From Fidelibacterota bacterium (lineage in GTDB: Bacteria > Fidelibacterota > Marinisomatia > Marinisomatales > TCS55), in NCBI GenBank assembly GCA_046861385.1, contig JBHHTW010000002.1, positions 1 to 64,000 of the forward strand: a stretch of DNA of 64,000 nt, in the 5' to 3' direction. Shown in pieces: positions 30,105 to 39,023 of the stretch. A program made the position numbers and the translations under genes. The notes under the pieces were generated by a model, which worked only from the letters and a program-made list of their open reading frames with translations, was not told the origin of the DNA and did no database searches. Every line of letters starts with the position of its first letter. Within the stretch, counting starts at the first letter, position 1.

Positions 30105-30817
30105 TTCGCTTCATCTGGGTTGTAATTAATTTATCTATATGGACACCCATATTAGCCACCATTGGGATGATCCTTTCTTTGATTATTCCCGGGGGAAAAC
30201 CCGTCGCATGGGTGGCCAAAATATGGTCTAGAATCATTTTATGGGTGAGTGGTGTCCCTTATTCCGTTCACGGCTTGGAAAAGCTCCGTCCCGATCAACA
30301 ATACGTTTTTGTTTCGAATCACGAATCTGGTTTTGATATTTTATTGGTCATGGCTACATTACCTTATCGATTGGTGTTTATGGCAAAAGTTGAGTTAAAG
30401 AAAATTCCATTTTTAGGTTGGGCAATGATGCTGGGAAAATATATTTTTATCAATCGTAAGAATCATAGAGCCGCTCTTAAATCCATGGAAGTCGCCAGGA
30501 AATCATTAATGAAATATCCTCGATCCATTGTAATTTTCCCGGAGGGAACACGATCATTAGATGGCAACATGAAACTGTTTAAAAAGGGTGGTATAATCTT
30601 GGGGATACAAACAAACATTCCTATCGTTCCCATGTGGATTTGCGGAACATTCAAGGTTGTTAAAAAAGGGTCATTCAAAATAACGCCAAAACCAATACAT
30701 TTGATTATTGGGGAACCGGTGGACACGTCAATCTATAATTACGAAGACCGAAATCAAGTTACTGAAATTGTAAGGAATGAAGTTGTAAATTTGAAGTCAT
30801 CATGGATGGAAAATTGA
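30101..30817 (+). CDS. plsC: 1-acyl-sn-glycerol-3-phosphate acyltransferase (probable CTG start at 30101; first ATG is 30167)
   Basis: NHESGFD, AK.EL, FPEGTRS, FKKG, PIVP; open frame back to CTG preceded by GGAGGT. Confidence 0.88.
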   Translation: MIRFIWVVINLSIWTPILATIGMILSLIIPGGKPVAWVAKIWSRIILWVSGVPYSVHGLEKLRPDQQYVFVSNHESGFDILLVMATLPYRLVFMAKVELKKIPFLGWAMMLGKYIFINRKNHRAALKSMEVARKSLMKYPRSIVIFPEGTRSLDGNMKLFKKGGIILGIQTNIPIVPMWICGTFKVVKKGSFKITPKPIHLIIGEPVDTSIYNYEDRNQVTEIVRNEVVNLKSSWMEN

Positions 30818-31923
30818 AATGTTATCCTGTACCAGAACAAAATGTTTTTGTTCCGAATTTGCGAGAGCCGGATCCATATTATGAAAAGGATCTTCTTAAA
30901 CAATGGTTTCAGCTTCCAATAGGCTTAGCTTTAGAGACAGCAGAAGGTCGTTCTCTTACCATCATTCATCATGGTAGGCGAAATAGGAATAAAGGGCCAG
31001 ATATTAAGAACGCCATTTTGTTTATTCAGTCCAATATAGTTAAGGGAGATATTGAATGTCATATTATGGAGCGGGACTGGTATACCCATCATCATGAAAA
31101 TGATCAGAATTACAATCGTGTTATTTTACACATAATACACACGCCGATGTATAAAATTAAAGGCCCTCTAGAGAATACTCTCGTACTTAAATTGAACCGA
31201 AAAAATGATTGCACTTTAACGAAACAGAATGTTTCCGGTGAATACCATCATATATTGCTGAATTTGAGGGAAAAAAGATGGGGGGAACACCTCCAATCCG
31301 TATCCAAGAAGAACCATTTTACTATATTGGCAAATGTGCTGGGTAAAGGAGGAAATGAGGAAAATTTTAAAAGGCTGGTCAATCAATTAGATGCTGAACG
31401 ATTAATTCGATTAACCAAAAAAAAACAACTCAGAATGGTTGAATCATTATCTAGGTCTATCAATATTGATTGGGAGCATTGCGGAATTCGTCCTGCTCAC
31501 TGGCCGGAGAGAAGGCTCTCTCTGTTGATAGAATTAATAGCATTTATATCTCAAATAAAAAACGGTGCATTCACAGATTATGAATCGTTTTTTCAAGTCT
31601 ACTCATCTCATTGCACCAGTGGGGGAAAAGGTATATTAACTGAATGTTCTATCAACTATTTTATACCATGGATGGCTTTGGATGCCCTGAATAATAATAA
31701 TATTGAAACCTATACATCTTGGAAAAACTCCTGGGGGCGATTATGTCTTCAATATCCGTACGGGGTAATCCATAATAAATTTGGAGCCGTATTCACTCGA
31801 AAAGAACTCACCAATGTAGGAAACACACAGGGATTATTGTATTTGAATTCGCATTATTGTCAAAAAGAGTTTTGTATTGTGTGTCCCCTAAAAAAGCGGA
31901 AGTACGATTGGTGCATGAATTGA
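30802..31923 (+). CDS. DUF2851 family protein
   Basis: G..N...GPD, GDIE.H....DW..H.H..D.NY..VILH, RPAHWP..R, QGLL.L...YC...C..CP. Confidence 0.8.
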   Translation: MDGKLKCYPVPEQNVFVPNLREPDPYYEKDLLKQWFQLPIGLALETAEGRSLTIIHHGRRNRNKGPDIKNAILFIQSNIVKGDIECHIMERDWYTHHHENDQNYNRVILHIIHTPMYKIKGPLENTLVLKLNRKNDCTLTKQNVSGEYHHILLNLREKRWGEHLQSVSKKNHFTILANVLGKGGNEENFKRLVNQLDAERLIRLTKKKQLRMVESLSRSINIDWEHCGIRPAHWPERRLSLLIELIAFISQIKNGAFTDYESFFQVYSSHCTSGGKGILTECSINYFIPWMALDALNNNNIETYTSWKNSWGRLCLQYPYGVIHNKFGAVFTRKELTNVGNTQGLLYLNSHYCQKEFCIVCPLKKRKYDWCMN

Positions 31924-32034
31924 ATCTGCCATAATGAAATTGCTGAAAATGGTTCCATTATTTAACGGTCGTTTTTTATTGAAATCGGAAAATGAAAATG
32001 AGAATTTATTTTCGAAATTTTGCACGTAATTCCC

Positions 32035-32063
32035 TTGACTGATCATTTGTTTTCATATAACTT
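32035..32063 (+). promoter_or_regulatory. Putative sigma70-type promoter for mltD
   Basis: TTGACT-N17-TAACTT, 28 nt before the ATG. Confidence 0.5.
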
Positions 32064-32091
32064 CGCCCTCCTTAATTTGCCCTAAAACCTT

Positions 32092-33732
32092 ATGATAAAA
32101 GAAGTTACACGAATTTTACTGTTTATCGCCATTGCGATGAACTTGGTAATGAGTCAAAACTCCCTTGAAGGAGTGTCAAAATCTGATAATGGTCACGAAC
32201 CTAGTGTCCAACATGACGGGATTTATTTAAATGGTAATGGGGTAGATGAAGCACGCAACCGTCTTCCCCAATTACTCCGTGATGTGAAAATGCTTCTCAC
32301 GGAAGCGTTTATTGCGGACATTCATTTTGATACTCTTGAGGTTATTTATTACTTGGATAATATTTATGAATTATTGGGAGAGGCAGATCAATTGGGAGAA
32401 AAAACGGAGGAAGACCAGGAAGAATTCGATCGATTTGTAGCTTCCTTAAATGTTATCTATGCTACAAGGCTCCATACATTGGAATTGACGGAAGCCCCCA
32501 TTTCTGCTGCCTATGCCAAACAAATGCTTGAAGAAGTTACCATCCCGGTTGAAATGGAGATGGGCAATAGTAAATTTACTGTGGTGGACGATCGTGATGG
32601 GCATATCCCGCTGGTGCGGAATAAAGCAGTGGATCAATATATTCGGTATTTCCAAACGAAAGGTAAAAAACAGTTTCAAACCTGGTTGGAACGATTGCCG
32701 GAATACGGGGAATTAATAAAAAATATTTTAAGCGAAAATGAGTTACCGGAAGAAATAGTTTATCTCGCTATGATTGAGTCCGGACTCAATCCAAAAGCCT
32801 ATTCAAAAGCCAGCGCTACTGGCATGTGGCAATTTGTCTACGCCACTGGGAAAAAATATGGATTGAAGCGGGATTGGTATGTGGATGAACGACGGGATCC
32901 GATCAAGTCCACCTACGCTGCCTGCGCTTATTTAAAAGATTTATATAATGAATTCGATCATTGGTACCTTGCCTTGGCATCATATAATTCAGGACCGGGA
33001 AGGGTTCGCAGAGCCATCCGCCTTCATCAGACATCGGATTTTTGGCAGCTTCATTCTCTTCCGAAAGAAACCCGGAATTATATACCATATTATATGGCTG
33101 CAGCTATTATTGCCAGCAACCCGGAAGAATATGGTTTTGATCTGTCCGGGCATAAAACAAAACATCCATTTGAATTTGATTTGATAGAATTGGAAAAAAG
33201 TGCTGATCTGTCTGTCCTTGCCCGTGCGACAGGCGTTAATCTGAAAACGTTAAAAAATTATAACCCCGAATTACGCCAGTCCGCTACACCCAATAATGGT
33301 CCTTATCTTTTACGTATTCCTAAGGGAATGGCTGATCAGTTTGCTGCCAATTTTAACGCACTTCCCGAAGACCAAAGGTTCGCGCCGCAATATATTGTTC
33401 ATAAAGTGCGCCGGGGAGAAAGTTTATGGACCATATCCAAAAAATACAAAGTATCCATTCATGATTTGGCTGCTGTGAATAAAATTCGAAACCGGCATCG
33501 AATTAAGATTGGACAAAAATTGACCATACCAGTTCGCGGTGTTTATGCAACGCACAATGGTCCACCGGGACATATTAAAGTTGTATATACTGTTAGAAGG
33601 GGAGATACACTGGGTCATATCGCACAAAATTACGGGACGCGAGCTGCAAAAATTCGTCGCTGGAATCATTTAACCTACGGTCAATATATTTATCCCGGTC
33701 AAAAACTTGTTTTATGGGTGAAGCAAGGATAA
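32092..33732 (+). CDS. mltD: Lytic transglycosylase with two LysM domains (MltD-like)
   Basis: IESG.NP.A.S...A.GMWQF, DER.DP, YNSG.G, ETRNY; LysM HKVRRGESL and YTVRRGDTL. Confidence 0.88.
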   Translation: MIKEVTRILLFIAIAMNLVMSQNSLEGVSKSDNGHEPSVQHDGIYLNGNGVDEARNRLPQLLRDVKMLLTEAFIADIHFDTLEVIYYLDNIYELLGEADQLGEKTEEDQEEFDRFVASLNVIYATRLHTLELTEAPISAAYAKQMLEEVTIPVEMEMGNSKFTVVDDRDGHIPLVRNKAVDQYIRYFQTKGKKQFQTWLERLPEYGELIKNILSENELPEEIVYLAMIESGLNPKAYSKASATGMWQFVYATGKKYGLKRDWYVDERRDPIKSTYAACAYLKDLYNEFDHWYLALASYNSGPGRVRRAIRLHQTSDFWQLHSLPKETRNYIPYYMAAAIIASNPEEYGFDLSGHKTKHPFEFDLIELEKSADLSVLARATGVNLKTLKNYNPELRQSATPNNGPYLLRIPKGMADQFAANFNALPEDQRFAPQYIVHKVRRGESLWTISKKYKVSIHDLAAVNKIRNRHRIKIGQKLTIPVRGVYATHNGPPGHIKVVYTVRRGDTLGHIAQNYGTRAAKIRRWNHLTYGQYIYPGQKLVLWVKQG

Positions 33733-33759
33733 CAAATTAATAATTTTCGGAGATTAACC

Positions 33760-34050
33760 ATGACTAAACAAGATATTATCGATCAAGTATCCAGTGCCAC
33801 CGGGCTTACAAAAGTTGAAACGGAAATAGTCATGAACGGTATTATGACATCCATCATTGAGTCCTTGGCTAGAAACGAACGAGTGGAATTACGGGGTTTT
33901 GGAACGTTTGGTGTTAAGCACCGCAAACCGAAAAAAGCACGTAATCCCGGAACCGGCGAACCTATATTTTTACCCGAACGGAATGCGCCTACGTTTAAAC
34001 CAGCAAAGTATATGCGGGAACGTGTAAATGAATCATTAACCAGTAATTGA
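33760..34050 (+). CDS. HU/IHF family DNA-binding protein
   Basis: MTKQD, ELRGFGTF, ARNPGTGE, P.FKP. Confidence 0.95.
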   Translation: MTKQDIIDQVSSATGLTKVETEIVMNGIMTSIIESLARNERVELRGFGTFGVKHRKPKKARNPGTGEPIFLPERNAPTFKPAKYMRERVNESLTSN

Positions 34051-34059
34051 AAGTAAAAA

Positions 34060-34155
34060 ATGCCCTGCGGAAAAAAGCGAAAAAAGCGGAAGATAAACAC
34101 GCATAAGCGCAAAAAGCGCCTGCGTGCAAATCGTCATAAGAAAAAGAAAAGTTAA
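34060..34155 (+). CDS. 31-aa basic protein, 30S ribosomal protein bS22 / AURKAIP1-COX24 family (absent from the ORF track)
   Basis: Manual translation MPCGKKRKKRKINTHKRKKRLRANRHKKKKS*; fits the MP.GKKRK..K..THKRKKR.R.NRHKKK pattern. Confidence 0.88.
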   Translation: MPCGKKRKKRKINTHKRKKRLRANRHKKKKS

Positions 34156-34169
34156 TTAAAGGACAGCCT

Positions 34170-35033
34170 ATGAGGCTTTTCAAAAGAACCTTCTTTTGGA
34201 TTTTACCCCTGGTTCTGATCAATGTTATCTTTGGCTGGGGGTATGATGTCCATAAACGAATCAATTATAAAGCAGCCCAGATATTGGAGGGACCGTTGGG
34301 TGAATTCACTCAACGACATGCCGATATTTTGGCCATATATGGTCCGGTTCCAGATTATATTAAAAGTGCCCATTCAGATGAATTTTATCGCCATTTTATT
34401 GATGCAGATCTCTACGGTGATTATCCCTTCACTGAATTAATTATTGATTATAAAACATTGGTGGATAAATATGGTGAAGATAATATTAAAAAGTGGGGAT
34501 CAGCTCCCTGGACCATTGAAGAAACGACTGATATTCTTATTAAAATGTTTAAGCAGGAACGGTGGGATGAAGTGGTATTTTATATGGGATATCTCGGACA
34601 TTATGTCGCAGACCTGCATATGCCTTTCCATACCTGCGCCAATTACAACGGACAGTTTACGGGAAACGACGGGGTACACTTCCGTTGGGAGAGCCGCATG
34701 GTGGATAAACTGATTCCCCAATTCGAAGGGAAAGGGGATATTATAGTCATTGATCATTTTGTCGAAACAGCTTTAGCCATTACGAAAGAGTCCTTTTCGG
34801 TGTATCCTCAAATATTAAGTGCAGATTCTAAGGCCAGACGACATCTGACCGAAGAACAGAAAAAAGAATTAAACACGTATAAATTCCTTTCTTTCGAGGA
34901 TCAATATTTAACCATTCTGTTTGAGGAAACAGGAGATTTAGCCCAAGATCGTCTGGGCAGAGCTGCGACCTTGACAGCATCATTCTGGTTCACATGCTGG
35001 AAATTAGCAGGATCACCATTATTACCTAAATGA
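34170..35033 (+). CDS. Zinc-dependent phospholipase C / S1-P1 nuclease family secreted protein
   Basis: Signal peptide then WG...H, PD, HFID, HY.AD.H.P.H, H..WES. Confidence 0.85.
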   Translation: MRLFKRTFFWILPLVLINVIFGWGYDVHKRINYKAAQILEGPLGEFTQRHADILAIYGPVPDYIKSAHSDEFYRHFIDADLYGDYPFTELIIDYKTLVDKYGEDNIKKWGSAPWTIEETTDILIKMFKQERWDEVVFYMGYLGHYVADLHMPFHTCANYNGQFTGNDGVHFRWESRMVDKLIPQFEGKGDIIVIDHFVETALAITKESFSVYPQILSADSKARRHLTEEQKKELNTYKFLSFEDQYLTILFEETGDLAQDRLGRAATLTASFWFTCWKLAGSPLLPK

Positions 35034-36250
35034 TAGAAAATACCCACGCACTTTCTGTCAGTGAATTAACCAAGGAAATAAAATCCTTGTTGGAAGGTGC
35101 CTTCCCGGAAATCTGGGTGGAAGGAGAAATTTCTAATTTTATCCATCATTCCTCCGGGCATATGTATTTTACATTAAAGGACAGGGAATCAGAAATCCGT
35201 ACTGTTATGTTCAAAGGGAATAATCAATATTTGCATTTTAAACCAGAAAATGGAATGAAGGTATTACTATTCGGTCGACTTTCTGTCTATGTTCCCCGGG
35301 GGCAATATCAGCTGGTAGCAAGTCGGATGGAACCCGCCGGTATCGGAACCTTATTTCTTGCTTTTGAAGCACTGAAAAAGCAATTATCCGATGAAGGCCT
35401 TTTTAACGAAGAATTCAAAAAACCACTTCCGGTTATTCCAAAACGAATCGGGTTAATCACGTCTAAAACGGGTGCCGCAGTTCAAGATATGTTTAATGTG
35501 CTCAAACGCAGGGCGCAATATGTGGAACTGGTATTACGTTCCACACTGGTTCAAGGCGATGATGCCGCAGACGATATTGTTTCTGCCATAAGGGAGATGG
35601 ATCAACATGGACATGTGGATGTGATTATATTGGGGCGGGGCGGCGGCTCTCTGGAAGACCTCTGGCCCTTTAATGAAGAATCCGTGGCCCGAGCTATTTT
35701 TTCATGTAAAACACCCATCATTTCTGCTGTAGGACATGAAACAGACATATCCATATCCGACATGGTGTCTGATATGCGAGCACCCACACCGTCTGCTGCT
35801 GCGGAAATTGTAGCGCCGAGTTTTGATGAACTATTTAATCGCATTCAAACATTCGAAGATACAATGTCTAAACACATTTCCTTTATTCTGGAAAACTATT
35901 ATCAAAAAATAGATTCTCTCTACGATAGATTCACCCAACGGAAACCGGATGTTATGATTAACAGAATGCGTGTGCTTAATCAGCATTTAAATGTGGAAAT
36001 GAAGCAATTAATTCAATTGAAGTATCAAGAGGATAAAAGCCGATTTGATCAATTATTTGGTGAATTATCCATATTAAATCCAAAAAGTATTCTCGATAGG
36101 GGTTATGCCATTGCTACGGATAAAAAAGGTTCCATTATCCTGGATCCTCGTGAAATTTCCGTTGGTGAGTCCTTTCGTGTACAGGTATCAAAAGGAATCC
36201 TGAATGCGAAAAAAGAAAAGAATTCTGAAACCATGAAAGAGGTATCGTAA
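35030..36250 (+). CDS. xseA: Exodeoxyribonuclease VII large subunit
   Basis: GEISN, SGH.YFTLKD, RGGGS.EDLW.FN, SAVGHETD, APTPSAAAE, RGYA. Confidence 0.97.
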   Translation: MIENTHALSVSELTKEIKSLLEGAFPEIWVEGEISNFIHHSSGHMYFTLKDRESEIRTVMFKGNNQYLHFKPENGMKVLLFGRLSVYVPRGQYQLVASRMEPAGIGTLFLAFEALKKQLSDEGLFNEEFKKPLPVIPKRIGLITSKTGAAVQDMFNVLKRRAQYVELVLRSTLVQGDDAADDIVSAIREMDQHGHVDVIILGRGGGSLEDLWPFNEESVARAIFSCKTPIISAVGHETDISISDMVSDMRAPTPSAAAEIVAPSFDELFNRIQTFEDTMSKHISFILENYYQKIDSLYDRFTQRKPDVMINRMRVLNQHLNVEMKQLIQLKYQEDKSRFDQLFGELSILNPKSILDRGYAIATDKKGSIILDPREISVGESFRVQVSKGILNAKKEKNSETMKEVS

Positions 36251-36258
36251 ATTTGCAT

Positions 36259-36459
36259 ATGAACAAAGAAACGTCTTTTGAAGAATTATTTCAGCGGCTG
36301 GAAGAGATTGTTCAGGAAATGGAAGGGGAAGAACTGCAACTGGAAAAAAGTTTGACGCTTTTTGAGGAAGGCGTCAAGCTCTCGGATACACTTCGACATC
36401 AACTGTCCAAAGCAGAACAGAAAATTACAGAACTCTCAGGTAAATTAGAGAAAGACTAA
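36259..36459 (+). CDS. xseB: Exodeoxyribonuclease VII small subunit
   Basis: FEE....LEEIV..ME...L.LE.SL..FEEG..L......L..AEQKI; follows xseA. Confidence 0.94.
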   Translation: MNKETSFEELFQRLEEIVQEMEGEELQLEKSLTLFEEGVKLSDTLRHQLSKAEQKITELSGKLEKD

Positions 36460-36462
36460 TCT

Positions 36463-37353
36463 ATGTCTGATTTACCCATAAAACAGATTGGTATTTGGGG
36501 TAACACTGATAAGCCAGCATTCTGGGAACTATTACCGCAAATTTCCGACTGGGCATCCAAACATAATATTCATCTGCATTTAACCACCCGTATACTGAGT
36601 GATACACAAACAAAGTTTGATTTTGATTATGCCCTGATTGAGTCTGCTGACGATTTTAATAAGCTGGATTTGTTATTGGCATTGGGCGGTGATGGAACCA
36701 TTTTATCTGGCGCAAGAGCCGTCGGTAATCGAGAAATACCTATTCTGGGGATTCATTTAGGGAAACTTGGTTTCCTTGCGGAAGTTACGGTCCGAGATAT
36801 GTTTGTTAGACTGAATCAAATGGTCAAAGGAGATTTTGAACTTTTAGATCGGATGGTATTGAAATGTACCGTATTTAATGGTGGAGAGCCTCTTGAATTT
36901 TTCGCTTTAAATGATATCGCCATCGATCGGGGCTCATCTCATCGCCTTATTAATTCAACATTGTATTCTAACGGAAACCGTGTAGCCCGTTATACCGCTG
37001 ATGGGTTGATCATCTCCACACCTACCGGTTCCACTGCTTATTCCTTATCTGCTGGTGGCCCCATCGTGATGCCGAATCTGGATGCCATGGTCGTGACCCC
37101 TATTTCACCCCATACGTTAACGCTCAGACCCATCGTTATGCCTGATGACAGTAAATTAGAGCTTACCTTTCCCGATAACCCGACCGGTGGAATCGCCCTG
37201 GCCGTGGATGGCCAAGTCCAGGAAACACTGGATTTGGATGCTGTGGTGAACATTACAAAAGCGGATTATAAAACAAAAATGATTACCTTTTCCGATTCAA
37301 ATTATTTCGACGTCCTGAGTAAAAAAATGGGCTGGGGGAGACGAGGGGAGTGA
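36463..37353 (+). CDS. nadK: NAD kinase
   Basis: LGGDGT, G.LGFL, ALND, DGLIISTPTGSTAYSLSAGGP. Confidence 0.96.
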   Translation: MSDLPIKQIGIWGNTDKPAFWELLPQISDWASKHNIHLHLTTRILSDTQTKFDFDYALIESADDFNKLDLLLALGGDGTILSGARAVGNREIPILGIHLGKLGFLAEVTVRDMFVRLNQMVKGDFELLDRMVLKCTVFNGGEPLEFFALNDIAIDRGSSHRLINSTLYSNGNRVARYTADGLIISTPTGSTAYSLSAGGPIVMPNLDAMVVTPISPHTLTLRPIVMPDDSKLELTFPDNPTGGIALAVDGQVQETLDLDAVVNITKADYKTKMITFSDSNYFDVLSKKMGWGRRGE

Positions 37354-37358
37354 TATTA

Positions 37359-37428
37359 AATGGAAGATGGGAGATGGAAAATGGAACATGGAAAATGGTG
37401 ATTGGTTACTAGTAGCTAGTGAGCAGTG
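37359..37428. repeat. Degenerate 7-bp tandem repeat array downstream of nadK
   Basis: aatggaa gatggga gatggaa aatggaa catggaa aatggtg attggtt actagta gctagtg agcagtg. Confidence 0.8.
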
Positions 37429-37468
37429 ATGGGTTCGCTGTGGAGCGGTAAATTGTGTTTAGGAAATT

Positions 37469-37789
37469 TTAACGGTAATCTTCTCTAGTAGGATAAAACA
37501 CATCAATAACCCTGCAGCCAGTGATGGCTTTACCTGAATGAGTAGCATTGGATGGAATCACAACCACCGAATTTGGTTTTAGAATATTGCTTTCTCCATC
37601 GACAATCAATTCAAGCTCCCCCTCAATCATGTTCGTAACCTGTTCATGTGGGTGAGAATGTTCCGGTAAAGATGATCCTGCTTTGATATCCCAATGCGTT
37701 AATGTCATGTGTTCAGAATGAACCACTTTTACGCGGAATCCCGGGAGAATTTCTTCTGCATCTATTGTGTTTAAATCTACTTTTAACAT
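37469..37789 (-). CDS. Cupin domain protein
   Basis: P.HSHPHEQ.....EG and IP.N..H cupin motifs; DVF.P.REDY C-terminus. Confidence 0.88.
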   Translation of the reverse strand: MLKVDLNTIDAEEILPGFRVKVVHSEHMTLTHWDIKAGSSLPEHSHPHEQVTNMIEGELELIVDGESNILKPNSVVVIPSNATHSGKAITGCRVIDVFYPTREDYR

Positions 37790-37830
37790 AATGATATCTG
37801 ATCGTTGATTAAATTCGAATAAATAGCGAA

Positions 37831-38259
37831 TTACTTTTTTGTTGATTCACTTTCAATTGGCCAAAAGTTATTCAGTTCTTTTTCTGTAAATGAGGGAGAA
37901 GCAGTACTGAAATATTTCAAGGTTGATTCACCAATATTTTCTAAACCATGTGGTTCATCCGATGGAATAAAAATACAATCTTCACAACTGACAATTTGGT
38001 GTTCATTCCCGACTGTCATTTCACCCATACCATCAATAATAAAGTATACTTGTTCGGGTTCGTGTTTATGAACTCGCTGCTTACCGCCAGGTTCAATCTC
38101 GACTAATGTGGTGGTTAAATTGTTTGAATTGCACGTAATAGGCGAAGCAAGTAAATATGACTTAATTCCCTCTTTCCTGATATATCGCGGAGCGTTTTTC
38201 TTTTTTAATATTTCCATCATATTTCTCGAACTTGATTCATTCCTATTAAAAGCGACCAT
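37831..38259 (-). CDS. Cupin domain protein (start may be ATG 38220)
   Basis: PGG.Q..HKHEPEQVY.I..G.G and FIPS..PHG..N. Confidence 0.85.
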   Translation of the reverse strand: MVAFNRNESSSRNMMEILKKKNAPRYIRKEGIKSYLLASPITCNSNNLTTTLVEIEPGGKQRVHKHEPEQVYFIIDGMGEMTVGNEHQIVSCEDCIFIPSDEPHGLENIGESTLKYFSTASPSFTEKELNNFWPIESESTKK

Positions 38260-38270
38260 GCGATATTTTT

Positions 38271-38477
38271 CTAAATTCTAACATAATATGGTATCGCCAC
38301 TAAAATAACGCCGGTAATGACAAGCAAGTATATATTCGAAATAAAATAGGGAAGTACAAATAAAGCGATTCCGACGATTAACGGAACTGTTGCCTTTTGC
38401 TTTTTACCATACGTAAAAAATCCAACGCCGATTATGCCGAATATTGCTCCCCAAATAAATAGTGATGTGCCTTCCAT
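38271..38477 (-). CDS. Small membrane protein
   Basis: 68 aa, 2-3 hydrophobic segments, FG.IG.G...YGKKQ, PYF. Confidence 0.7.
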   Translation of the reverse strand: MEGTSLFIWGAIFGIIGVGFFTYGKKQKATVPLIVGIALFVLPYFISNIYLLVITGVILVAIPYYVRI

Positions 38478-38553
38478 ATTAGAACTTAACGCTTTTCATT
38501 TCTTTTAGATACATGAAAAATAAACTCACTAGTTTGTCGGTTAGTTTATGTAA

Positions 38554-38999
38554 TTAGGCGTTTTTACGATCTTCAACTTTAATTTCCTTTACGATACGTC
38601 CCCATCCGCCGCATTCCAATCCCAAGTCAAAACATCCAGCCCTCTTGAATCTCATTTCATTGGGATCAACTCCTGCATAAAGCAGCTCATTTGCTGTGAA
38701 AATTTGAGTGGATATTGCATTCAGAGCATAGACACATATTTTTTTGGGGCATCGTTTTGTTAACAAGTTTCCTGCTCCATCAAAAAAAACTTATCGCCAG
38801 CTTTGTGCTCACTGTTACACCCATGGGAATCAACCACCTCCGCAATGATTGTTTTATCGAATAATTCCGGCGCTTTAGAGAGGATATCCTCATTTCGTGG
38901 ATTATCCTTGAATTTTTTCATCTCCTCAACCGTATAACCGAGCCGTTTTTTCATTAATTTCCACTTCATTGTGTTCCAGGCCAAATCTTTTAATCCCAT
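38554..38999 (-). pseudogene. Frameshifted Cys-rich protein gene (TIGR04076-like), split at a T8 run
   Basis: 5' part ends ...GCNSEHKAGDKFF; a second frame continues DGAGNLLTKRCPKKIC...GCFDLGLECGGWG; adding one base in the T8 run (A8 at 38782-38789) joins them. Confidence 0.75.
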
Positions 39000-39023
39000 T
39001 TTCTTATCTCCCTTTTCAAATAA

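Noticed and set aside
29755-30237. 160-aa antisense ORF and the many other 60-150-aa shadow ORFs in the track
   Set aside because: They overlap well-supported genes on the opposite strand or in another frame and show no recognisable motifs.
31994-32013. Fur-box-like GAAAATGAGAATTTATTTTC upstream of mltD
   Set aside because: Imperfect, with wrong spacing, in very AT-rich sequence.
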